From Minisyncoccota bacterium (GTDB taxonomy: Bacteria; Patescibacteriota; Minisyncoccia; Phycocordibacterales; JABMNX01), in contig JBBDOU010000005.1 in NCBI GenBank assembly GCA_040876885.1, forward strand, positions 38,620 to 93,203: a stretch of 54,584 bases of DNA, given 5' to 3'. Under the pieces are notes generated by a model. The model was not told the origin of the DNA. It saw nothing but the letters and a program-made list of their open reading frames with translations, and searched no databases. Below, in pieces: positions 16,884 to 24,866 of this stretch. Position numbers and translations under genes: made by a program. Numbering within the stretch: the stretch's first letter is position 1; each line of letters opens with the position of its first letter.

Positions 16884-18162
16884 CACACAAGTCTACAGTG
16901 TCGGTTTTCTTGTGGTCGCACTTTTTGCTGGGGCATATTTTTTTATTCCTCAAGTAGCGCCCCTGTCATACTCCTCTGAAAATGTATTAGCAACACCGCA
17001 AGATATTGAGGTTGTTGAACACGAGGCGCGCTACACGTCGGCTCATCTAGAAACTCCGTCAGCAGTTAAGGCAATCTACATGACACAGTGTGTCGTTGGG
17101 ACACCGTCTTTTAGGGACTCACTCGTTGAGCTCGTTGAAGAGACTGAAGTAAACTCGATTATTATTGATATTAAAGATTTTACCGGCTCGCTCGTATTTA
17201 GAAGCGAACACCCATTACTTAAAGATAATGGCGGAAAGGGGTGTAGAGCTCGAGATATTCGTGAATTCATAGAAACACTCCACAATAAAGGTATCTATGT
17301 CATTGGCCGAATTACCGTCTTTCAAGATCCATACTATACCAAAGTGCATCCAGAACTTGCGGTACGGAGTACACTTTCAAGTACGACGCCCTGGACGGAC
17401 CACAAAGGACTCCCATTTATTGATGTAAGTTCGCGCCCATTTTGGGATTATATTGTTGCGATTTCTAAAGAATCATACGCACTTGGTTTTGATGAGCTCA
17501 ATTATGACTATATTCGTTACCCGTCAGATGGACCAATGAAGGAGGCCGTGTTTATAAATAACAATAAAGCCGAGGCACTTGAGGGGTTCTTTAAGTATCT
17601 TCATGAGCAGGTGCATCCAACTGGCGCAAAGATGTCAGCGGATCTTTTTGGGTATACGGCTATTTTGACTGATGACTTAGGAATTGGACAACAGCTCGAA
17701 CGAGCGCTTCCATATTTTGATTTCATAGCCCCGATGGTGTATCCGTCACACTACAATAAAGGTTTTGCAGGACTATCAAATCCAAACACTGACCCACACA
17801 AGGTTGTCTTTACTTCAATGGCAGCAGCAGTAGCCCGTACCCGCGCAGAAGAGACAACGGTTAAGGCATTTAATGGAGAGGAGATTTTTATAAACAAGGT
17901 GACCCCTGCATACTACAATGAAAACAATGAGTTTATAGCAACAAGTACACACCAAGTATCATCAGGAAAGTATACAAAGCCGATATATGATGCACAGAAA
18001 CTCCGTCCATGGCTTCAGGATTTTGATTATGGTGGTGATTACGATATCGCAGAAGTGAGAGCTCAGATTCAGGCTACCTACGACGCAGGGCTCACGTCAT
18101 GGATGTTGTGGAGTCCATCAAACCGTTATACACGGGGTGCGCTTGAGTCCGCACAAGAATAG
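16816..18162 (+). CDS. Putative glycoside hydrolase-like TIM-barrel protein (DUF4015/GHL type), membrane anchored
   Basis: N-terminal TM. Motifs VKAIYMT, SIIIDIKDFTGSLVF, FDELNYDYIRYPSDG and MVYPSHY. The start could be a later in-frame ATG. Confidence 0.6.
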   Translation: MKKRMSHQQHQRMKKTIRKYTHSTQVYSVGFLVVALFAGAYFFIPQVAPLSYSSENVLATPQDIEVVEHEARYTSAHLETPSAVKAIYMTQCVVGTPSFRDSLVELVEETEVNSIIIDIKDFTGSLVFRSEHPLLKDNGGKGCRARDIREFIETLHNKGIYVIGRITVFQDPYYTKVHPELAVRSTLSSTTPWTDHKGLPFIDVSSRPFWDYIVAISKESYALGFDELNYDYIRYPSDGPMKEAVFINNNKAEALEGFFKYLHEQVHPTGAKMSADLFGYTAILTDDLGIGQQLERALPYFDFIAPMVYPSHYNKGFAGLSNPNTDPHKVVFTSMAAAVARTRAEETTVKAFNGEEIFINKVTPAYYNENNEFIATSTHQVSSGKYTKPIYDAQKLRPWLQDFDYGGDYDIAEVRAQIQATYDAGLTSWMLWSPSNRYTRGALESAQE

Positions 18163-18342
18163 GAGTACCCTGAAATAGGTTTTGAGTAAACTGGAAAGGG
18201 AGCATTGCCATGCGTCATCGTTATGGAACTCTTGGTGCAAAGGAGGTGATCCTTACTCGTTCAGACTGAGAGGCCGACATTTGTTGGGTTCATCTCCTCT
18301 CACCCTTTTCAAAAATAGTCACAAATGGAGGTTTAATATATG

Positions 18343-18377
18343 GGGGCGCAGATACATATGTATCTGCGCCCCTTTTA
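18343..18377 (+). terminator. Rho-independent terminator
   Basis: GGGGCGCAGATA-CATATG-TATCTGCGCCCC followed by TTTT. Confidence 0.85.
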
Positions 18378-18455
18378 ATTTTTCATATATTTTTCTACAA
18401 AGTGTTGTGTATGTGTATTTTACTGGGTCTACGCATGCGGTATACTTATAAGCAT

Positions 18456-20273
18456 ATGAATCTTGAGAAAATAACATACCTCGCTGCCACAGACTCTCGT
18501 GGTAAAGAAAAAGCATTTGGTATAAAAGCCATAGACAGAGCGAAGCATATGTATATCATCGGTAAAACTGGTATGGGGAAGTCAGTGCTTCTTGAGAATA
18601 TGGCGATTCAAGATATTCAAAATGGAGAAGGGCTTGCGTTCATTGATCCCCACGGCTCTACTGCAGAAAAGCTTCTTGACTATGTGCCAGAGCACCGCAT
18701 GGAAGATGTTGTGTACTTTGCTCCTTTTGATATGGACAACCCTGTTGCGTTTAATGTAATGGAAGATGTTGGGTACGACAAACGCCACCTTGTTGTGTCC
18801 GGCTTGATGAGCGCCTTTAAAAAAATATGGGTTGATGCGTGGAGTGCCCGTATGGAATATATCTTAACCAACACGTTGCTGGCGCTCCTTGAGTACCCTG
18901 ACGCGACATTGCTTGATATAAACCAGATGTTTATTAACAAAGCGTTTCGAAAAAAAGTTGTTGAGTATGTAACTGACCCTATTGTAAAATCGTTTTGGAA
19001 TGAGGAGTTTGCGGGATATTCAGACAGGTATGCACAAGAGGCAACCCCAGCTATTCAAAACAAGGTGGGGCAATTTACCTCGAACCCACTTATTCGAAAC
19101 ATTGTTGGACAGGCGCAATCAACATTTGATATGCGTGACATTATGGATAAGAAGAAAATCTTTATTGCAAACTTATCGAAGGGTCAAATGGGAGAAACAA
19201 ACGCAGACTTAATCGGAAGTATGCTTACCACAAAGATCTATCTTTCGGCGATGAGTCGTGCTGATGAGCAAGCGGTGGTCCAAGCGAAACTTCCTCCATT
19301 TTATTTCTATGTAGACGAATTCCAATCTATCGCAAATGACTCATTTGCCGATATTCTTTCTGAAGCTCGAAAATATAAACTCGCCCTTGTCATTGCGCAT
19401 CAATTTATCGCACAAATGGAGGACAATGTTCGTGATGCGGTGTTTGGAAACGCGGGAACCATTATTGCATTTAGGGTCGGTCCTTTTGATGCAGAGGTTC
19501 TTGAGACAGTGTTTCAGCCAAAGTTCCTTGCAGAAGACATTGTTAATCTTGGGAAGTACCAGACATATATGACGCTGATGATAGACGGTGCGGGCTCGAC
19601 CCCGTTCTCTGCGTCAACACTGCCTCCTATAGAAGAGCCAACTATCAGTTTCAAGGAGCAGATACTTCGTATATCAAAGGAGACGTATGGTCGCCCTCGA
19701 GAACAGATAGAGGAGGCTTTAAGGAAACGAAATGAAGCGCTTTCTCCTCAGCAGGCACAGCCTAAAAAACAAGAATATGCACAAGGAAACAAGGGCGGTA
19801 GTAGTGGCTTGACCAAGAGTTTTTCTCAAAGCCAAACTAAAGACTGTACACAGCCCTTGGGGAGCAAGAAAGATACAGGAACAGTAGCCCCCGCTGAAAA
19901 AAAACACGGAAACCCATCGAAAGATGTTCAGAATCAGAACAATAATTCAAGTAACGTTGTTCGCAAAGAAAAGCAAACAGTCTCGCTTAATACGTTGAAG
20001 TTTAAACAGCAGGCAACCAGTAAAGGGCCATCTGCTGCTCAATTATCTGCACTTCGGGACGCATTGAAGTCTGTGCAAAAAAATACGACACCTCCAGCGT
20101 CACAGAAAAAAAATAAGTCAGATGATATTGGAATAAAAAAAGAAAAACATTCAGAAAATGTTCCTCAAAGAGAAGGAACATCACAAGGGGCTTCAGGAGA
20201 AGAGAAAAAACCTCACCAAGAAAAAGAGGTTCCTCGTGAGGTGCTTGAAAATATCCTCAAAAAAGATGAGTAA
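18456..20273 (+). CDS. P-loop NTPase of the TraG/TraD/VirD4 (type IV coupling protein-like) group, with a ~170-aa low-complexity K/Q/S-rich tail
   Basis: Trimmed from ORF 18402..20273. Walker A GKTGMGKS. Walker B-like FYFYVDEFQS. ARKYKLALVIAHQFIAQM. Tail ...QQAQPKKQEYAQGNKGGSSG...KKNKSDDIGIKKEKH. Confidence 0.55.
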   Translation: MNLEKITYLAATDSRGKEKAFGIKAIDRAKHMYIIGKTGMGKSVLLENMAIQDIQNGEGLAFIDPHGSTAEKLLDYVPEHRMEDVVYFAPFDMDNPVAFNVMEDVGYDKRHLVVSGLMSAFKKIWVDAWSARMEYILTNTLLALLEYPDATLLDINQMFINKAFRKKVVEYVTDPIVKSFWNEEFAGYSDRYAQEATPAIQNKVGQFTSNPLIRNIVGQAQSTFDMRDIMDKKKIFIANLSKGQMGETNADLIGSMLTTKIYLSAMSRADEQAVVQAKLPPFYFYVDEFQSIANDSFADILSEARKYKLALVIAHQFIAQMEDNVRDAVFGNAGTIIAFRVGPFDAEVLETVFQPKFLAEDIVNLGKYQTYMTLMIDGAGSTPFSASTLPPIEEPTISFKEQILRISKETYGRPREQIEEALRKRNEALSPQQAQPKKQEYAQGNKGGSSGLTKSFSQSQTKDCTQPLGSKKDTGTVAPAEKKHGNPSKDVQNQNNNSSNVVRKEKQTVSLNTLKFKQQATSKGPSAAQLSALRDALKSVQKNTTPPASQKKNKSDDIGIKKEKHSENVPQREGTSQGASGEEKKPHQEKEVPREVLENILKKDE

Positions 20274-20315
20274 CTTAACCACTTTGGCGGTCCGACCGCC
20301 AAAGTGGTTAAGTTA
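20271..20315. repeat. REP-like palindrome family 1, copy 2 (45-nt perfect hairpin)
   Basis: TAACTTAACCACTTTGGCGG-TCCGA-CCGCCAAAGTGGTTAAGTTA, a 20-bp perfect stem. The left arm starts with the TAA stop of the ATPase gene. It ends 15 bp before the RAYT start. Confidence 0.9.
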
Positions 20316-20329
20316 TAAGTTATCTATAT

Positions 20330-21022
20330 ATGAGAAAAGTCCCTTTTGTTAACAATGAGTACTATCATATTTTTAACCGCGGTGTAGATAAGCGGACGGT
20401 TTTTGAAGATAAGTTTGATATAGAACGGTTTTTTGAAAGTATGAAAATTTTCAATCGTGTTAAACCAGTTGGTAGTATCCTTGAATATTCAGTCAAGCGC
20501 AGAAAAGATGGTAATTTTGGCGGTCGGACCGCCAAAATTACCACAAAAACCGAGGAGCGGTTAGTCGACTTTGTTAGTTACTGCCTAAATCCAAACCATT
20601 TTCACTTTATTCTTAGGCAAAGAAGCGATGGTGGCATTAGTGAGTTTATGAAACGATTAGGTGGTGGCTATACATGGTATTTTAATAATAAACATAGCAG
20701 AAATGGTGCGTTGTTTCAGGGAAAATTTAAATCTGTCCATATCAACTCAAATGAGTACTTACTCCACTTAAGTGCATATGTGAACCTTAATAATCGTGTA
20801 CATAACTTTGGCGGTCCGACCGCCAAAATAATTAGATCTAGCTGGGATGAGTATATAGGAGTAGATAATAAAGAGAGTAAAAAAGTCTACTGCGATAAGG
20901 ATATTATTTTAGGACAATTTAAAAATAAAAAAGAATATAAAAAATTTGCAGAAAATTCCTTAAGAGACATATTAAAAAACAAAGAAAAAGCCGAAGAGCT
21001 TGAGATTTTATTACTTGAATAA
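20330..21022 (+). CDS. REP-associated tyrosine transposase (RAYT) / IS200-like Y1 HUH transposase
   Basis: YYHIFNRG first strand. HUH motif NHFHFIL. GALFQGKFKSVHINSNEYLLHLSAYVNLNN with the catalytic-Tyr helix. ..SSWDEY. Flanked and penetrated by family-1 palindromes. Confidence 0.75.
   Translation: MRKVPFVNNEYYHIFNRGVDKRTVFEDKFDIERFFESMKIFNRVKPVGSILEYSVKRRKDGNFGGRTAKITTKTEERLVDFVSYCLNPNHFHFILRQRSDGGISEFMKRLGGGYTWYFNNKHSRNGALFQGKFKSVHINSNEYLLHLSAYVNLNNRVHNFGGPTAKIIRSSWDEYIGVDNKESKKVYCDKDIILGQFKNKKEYKKFAENSLRDILKNKEKAEELEILLLE
20510..20542. repeat. REP-like palindrome family 1, copy 3 (inside the RAYT CDS, centre inverted)
   Basis: GGTAATTTTGGCGG-TCGGA-CCGCCAAAATTACC, a 14-bp perfect stem. 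Translated in frame as GNFGGRTAKIT. Confidence 0.9.
20807..20827. repeat. REP-like palindrome family 1, copy 4 (inside the RAYT CDS)
   Basis: TTTGGCGG-TCCGA-CCGCCAAA, translated in frame as NFGGPTAKI. Confidence 0.9.
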
Positions 21023-21062
21023 GATTTTTTTACAAGAGTTAATTACTGATACAATAGTAGTA

Positions 21063-22466
21063 ATGAAGTTTCGTTTAGGTATTTTTATATTCGTTATGTT
21101 AGTTTCTCCATTGCCTGCTAAGGCAGAAGTTGTTTTGAGTGAGATTATGTATGACCTTGAGGGGAGTGATAGTAAGCGAGAATGGGTTGAAGTTTTTAAT
21201 CCGGACGGGTCTCCTGTTTCTCTTTCTGGTTGGCGATTATTTGAGAGTGACGCTAACCATAGACTTACGCTTATTACAGGAGACGAAACACTCTCTTCTG
21301 GGGCGTATGCAGTTATAGCAAATGACGGAGATGCATTTCTTTTAGATTGGCCTGATTTTTCTGGAACACTTTTTGATAGCTCATTTTCATTGAGTAATAC
21401 TGGTGAGACCCTTATCATTAGAGACAGTGAGCTTGTTGATATACATGCAGTTACGTACTCCTCAGAGTGGGGAGCTCAAGGCGATGGTAAGACGCTTTAC
21501 TATACGGGCTCTCAGTGGGAGACAGGGATACCTACTCCGGGGAAAGGGCCATATACCTCTGAAGACCCTCCGCAAGAACAACCTCAGGAGTCTCAAGGAG
21601 AAAACACAGCACCAGTTGTTACCAGTCACCCTGTAGAACCACAGATATTTGCACGGATTGTCGGCGTTAATACAAAAGAGAGGGTTGTAACTGTTGGGGC
21701 CGATACGGTGTTTACAGGTAGAGTCGTCGGCCTTTCTGGAGACCTTGTATCAGGCGCGCGGTATGTATGGAGCTTTGGTGACGGAGGGTCTCGTGAAGGA
21801 GAATCTGTTTTGTATCACTACCGATATCCAGGAACCTACCAAGTGGTACTCACCACGTCGTCTGGGAAATATACAGCGAGTGACAGGTTAAAGGTGCTCG
21901 CGCTCCCTTCAGAAGTTTCGGTACGGAGCGCATCACAAGAGTTTATAGAAATAAAAAATGATTCAGATAGAGAGATAGATCTTTCGTGGTGGATATTTTT
22001 AGTTGGGCGGGAGTCGTTTACTGTACCAGAGCATACAATGATACTACCCAAGAGTTCTGTGAGGTTCTCTACTGAAATAACGAGGCTTACACCGAAAGGT
22101 ATTGATGAAGTTGTGTTGCTGTATCCAAACATGATGCCGGTTATACAAGGAAGTGTGGTCGAGGACATTTCAGAAGAACAGTCGATTGTGTCTTTTGGAG
22201 GAAGTTCTTTAGTTGGGAGCGCAGTTGAGACTCCTTATACTGAAACCAGTGTATCGAATACAGCAAGCGCTGACGGTGACCCTACAAGCAGCCCGGCCAT
22301 CGCCGATGAAGATTTTCAGTATAAGAGTCAACTCGCAACGGTAAATACAGACACCGGGCATGGTGGGGTGCTTGTAGGGGCACTCATCGTCCTCTTGGCG
22401 CTGGGGTCAGGAAGTGTCTTATATTTACGGAAACAAGCTCGTGAAGGTATTACGCTTATTGATTAA
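21063..22466 (+). CDS. Secreted, C-terminally anchored lamin-tail-domain (LTD) / PKD-domain surface protein
   Basis: Trimmed from ORF 21000..22466 to the ATG before the signal peptide MKFRLGIFIFVMLVSPLPAKA. LTD signature VVLSEIMYDLEGSDSKREWVEVFNPDG..LSGWRL. PKD-like YVWSFGDGG..YHYRYPGTYQVVL. Second LTD-like EFIEIKNDSDREIDLSWW. C-terminal TM VLVGALIVLLALGSGSVLYL. Confidence 0.75.
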   Translation: MKFRLGIFIFVMLVSPLPAKAEVVLSEIMYDLEGSDSKREWVEVFNPDGSPVSLSGWRLFESDANHRLTLITGDETLSSGAYAVIANDGDAFLLDWPDFSGTLFDSSFSLSNTGETLIIRDSELVDIHAVTYSSEWGAQGDGKTLYYTGSQWETGIPTPGKGPYTSEDPPQEQPQESQGENTAPVVTSHPVEPQIFARIVGVNTKERVVTVGADTVFTGRVVGLSGDLVSGARYVWSFGDGGSREGESVLYHYRYPGTYQVVLTTSSGKYTASDRLKVLALPSEVSVRSASQEFIEIKNDSDREIDLSWWIFLVGRESFTVPEHTMILPKSSVRFSTEITRLTPKGIDEVVLLYPNMMPVIQGSVVEDISEEQSIVSFGGSSLVGSAVETPYTETSVSNTASADGDPTSSPAIADEDFQYKSQLATVNTDTGHGGVLVGALIVLLALGSGSVLYLRKQAREGITLID

Positions 22467-22525
22467 AGCGGGGTGCCTGTGAGCGTTGATTTAGAGCCGT
22501 TTTTATTGTATAGTTTAAATTAATT

Positions 22526-23755
22526 ATGAAGCGTGCATTAATATTTTCAATGACATACCACCCTTTTGTTGGGGGAGCAGAAGTTGCGCTTAAGGAAATC
22601 ACCGATAGAATTCCCAAGGAAGATATCGAATTCCACATGATTACACTTCGTCTTGATAGTACGCTTCCAAAGGTTGAGCAGATAGGAAATGTGCTCGTGC
22701 ACCGTATTGGGTTTGGAAAGGTAAATCCAACAAGTAAAGATTTAAAGCAGTTCCCACTTCATGTAAATAAATTGTACTATCAGTTCGCAGCTTTTTTTGT
22801 TGCGTGGAGACTTCATAAAAAATACACGTATGATTTTGTATGGTCCATGATGGCGCATTCCGCAGGGGTTCCCGGTGGGCTTTTTAAGACATGTCATCGT
22901 GATGTGCCGTTTCTCATCACACTCCAAGAAGGAGATTCAGTAGAACATATTAAGAAAGTAATGCTTCCGCTGTACCCACTCTTTACTCGTGCGTTTAAAA
23001 AGGCAGATAGGATGCAAACAATTTCTACACACCTTGCACGGTGGGGTGTGGCGATGGGCTTTAATGGGAAGCCGGTGGTAATTCCAAACGGGGTTACCGT
23101 TAAAGCATTCTCAAAAGAGTACCCTCGTCGAGAACTCGAGATGCTTAAGCAGAAGTTAGAGAAGAAAATTAACTCAGTGTTCCTTATCACCACCTCGCGT
23201 CTGGTACGAAAGAACGGTATTGATATGGTTATTAAATCACTCGCACATCTTCCCGAGCACGTATCATTTTTAATCTTGGGGGGAGGTCCAGAGGAGACCG
23301 CGCTTAAGAAATTAGCACGTGAAGAAGGTGTTATGAGTCGAGTACGCTTTCTTGGAGAAGTACCACAAAAAGAGATTCCTCAGTATTTGAAGATATCAGA
23401 TGTATTTATTCGTCCCTCTCGTTCAGAGGGGATGGGCAACTCATTCGTAGAAGCAATGGCTGCTGGTCTCCCCATCGTTGGAACTCACGTTGGAGGCATC
23501 ACAGATTTTCTTTATGATCCACTGAAGAATCCTGATGTTAAGCCAACAGGACTCGCCGTTACTGTCGATTCTCCCGAAGAGATAGCCAAGGCAGTACTGA
23601 GGTACAGCAGTGACGTATTACTGCGTCGTGAAGTTGTAGATAATGCTTTTGCACTTGTTAAAGCTCGATACGATTGGAAGATAATTGTACCTGCTATCCG
23701 CGATAAGTTTTTCAAGATAACTCCTTCACTCGACAGCGGTGCGGTAAAAAAATAA
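22526..23755 (+). CDS. Glycosyltransferase, GT4 family
   Basis: ALIFSMTYHPFVGGAEV N-terminus. RPSRSEGMGNSFVEAMAAGLPIVGTHVGGITDF. Confidence 0.8.
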   Translation: MKRALIFSMTYHPFVGGAEVALKEITDRIPKEDIEFHMITLRLDSTLPKVEQIGNVLVHRIGFGKVNPTSKDLKQFPLHVNKLYYQFAAFFVAWRLHKKYTYDFVWSMMAHSAGVPGGLFKTCHRDVPFLITLQEGDSVEHIKKVMLPLYPLFTRAFKKADRMQTISTHLARWGVAMGFNGKPVVIPNGVTVKAFSKEYPRRELEMLKQKLEKKINSVFLITTSRLVRKNGIDMVIKSLAHLPEHVSFLILGGGPEETALKKLAREEGVMSRVRFLGEVPQKEIPQYLKISDVFIRPSRSEGMGNSFVEAMAAGLPIVGTHVGGITDFLYDPLKNPDVKPTGLAVTVDSPEEIAKAVLRYSSDVLLRREVVDNAFALVKARYDWKIIVPAIRDKFFKITPSLDSGAVKK

Positions 23756-23756
23756 T

Positions 23757-24866
23757 ATGAGAATTCTTATTGCAACCGGAGTATATGCGCCACAGATTGG
23801 AGGACCGGCGACGTATGTGAAAATTCTCGAGAGATTATTACCACAACATGGTATCTCTGTAAAAGTGGTTCCGTTTAATAGTGTGTCGGGATTCCCAGTA
23901 ATTATTCGACATATACTATTTGCGTATCATATATTTCGGTTGGGGAAAAAGGCAGATGTCATTTATGCGCTCGACCCAATCAGTGTAGGGGTTCCATCAG
24001 CACTCATTGCTCGAATTCTCGGAAAACGTTTTTTTGTGCGAATTGCGGGGGACTATGCGTGGGAGCAAGGAGTACAAAGATTTAAGGTTACCGACCACTT
24101 AGATGTCTTTTCAAAAAAGAATGACGACTATCTCATTCCTGTACTGATTATTAAAAAGCTACAAAAGACAGTGGCTCAATATGCCGAAAGTGTTATAGTG
24201 CCGAGTAAGTACTTTAAGGGAGTCATTGAGAATTGGGGGGTAGATGCTAAAAAAATACAGGTTATTTATTCTGTGGCAGAAGAGATTCCTTTTCAAGGGA
24301 AAAAGGCAGACTTACGCAACTTACTTATGTTCAAGGGTAAAATAGTCGCAAGTGCTGGGCGCCTCGTCCCGTGGAAGGGTTTTGAGGCACTTATTGAAAT
24401 AGTCCCCCGGTTAATAAAGCGGTACCCTTCGTTTAAACTCCTTATAGCGGGTGATGGTCCTGAAATGGAGAAATTGAGTACAATGGTCTCTGATAAGAAA
24501 CTTGATGCTTATGTTGCTCTCACGGGGAATCTTGAGAGTGATGTTTTGTTTAAGTACATACGTGTTGCCGATGTGTTTGTCTTAAATACAAACTACGAAG
24601 GACTTTCGCATCAATTGCTTGAGGTTATGGCTATTGGTACTCCAATCATTACAACTGATATTGGGGGTAACCCTGAGTTAATTGATGATTCTGTGAATGG
24701 ACTTTTAGTTGATTTTAACAATACAGATGAGCTCTATAAAAAGATTATCACAGTTCTCGATAGTCAGGATTTGTCAGAGAAATTGGTGCGGAATGCAAAG
24801 ACAAAACTTAAAAAATTTAACCCCGATGATATGGTCAAGGAACTCGTTAAGGAATTTACAAGATGA
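23757..24866 (+). CDS. Glycosyltransferase, GT4 family
   Basis: MRILIATGVYAPQIGGPATYV. LNTNYEGLSHQLLEVMAIGTPIITTDIGGNPELI. Confidence 0.8.
   Translation: MRILIATGVYAPQIGGPATYVKILERLLPQHGISVKVVPFNSVSGFPVIIRHILFAYHIFRLGKKADVIYALDPISVGVPSALIARILGKRFFVRIAGDYAWEQGVQRFKVTDHLDVFSKKNDDYLIPVLIIKKLQKTVAQYAESVIVPSKYFKGVIENWGVDAKKIQVIYSVAEEIPFQGKKADLRNLLMFKGKIVASAGRLVPWKGFEALIEIVPRLIKRYPSFKLLIAGDGPEMEKLSTMVSDKKLDAYVALTGNLESDVLFKYIRVADVFVLNTNYEGLSHQLLEVMAIGTPIITTDIGGNPELIDDSVNGLLVDFNNTDELYKKIITVLDSQDLSEKLVRNAKTKLKKFNPDDMVKELVKEFTR

Noticed and set aside
18239-18252. AAAGGAGGTGATCC as an ordinary strong Shine-Dalgarno for a downstream ORF
   Set aside because: No ATG, GTG or TTG lies 4-12 nt downstream in any frame leading to an ORF. 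The motif sits inside a 19-codon mini-ORF and upstream of two terminators. It is kept as an unexplained finding instead.
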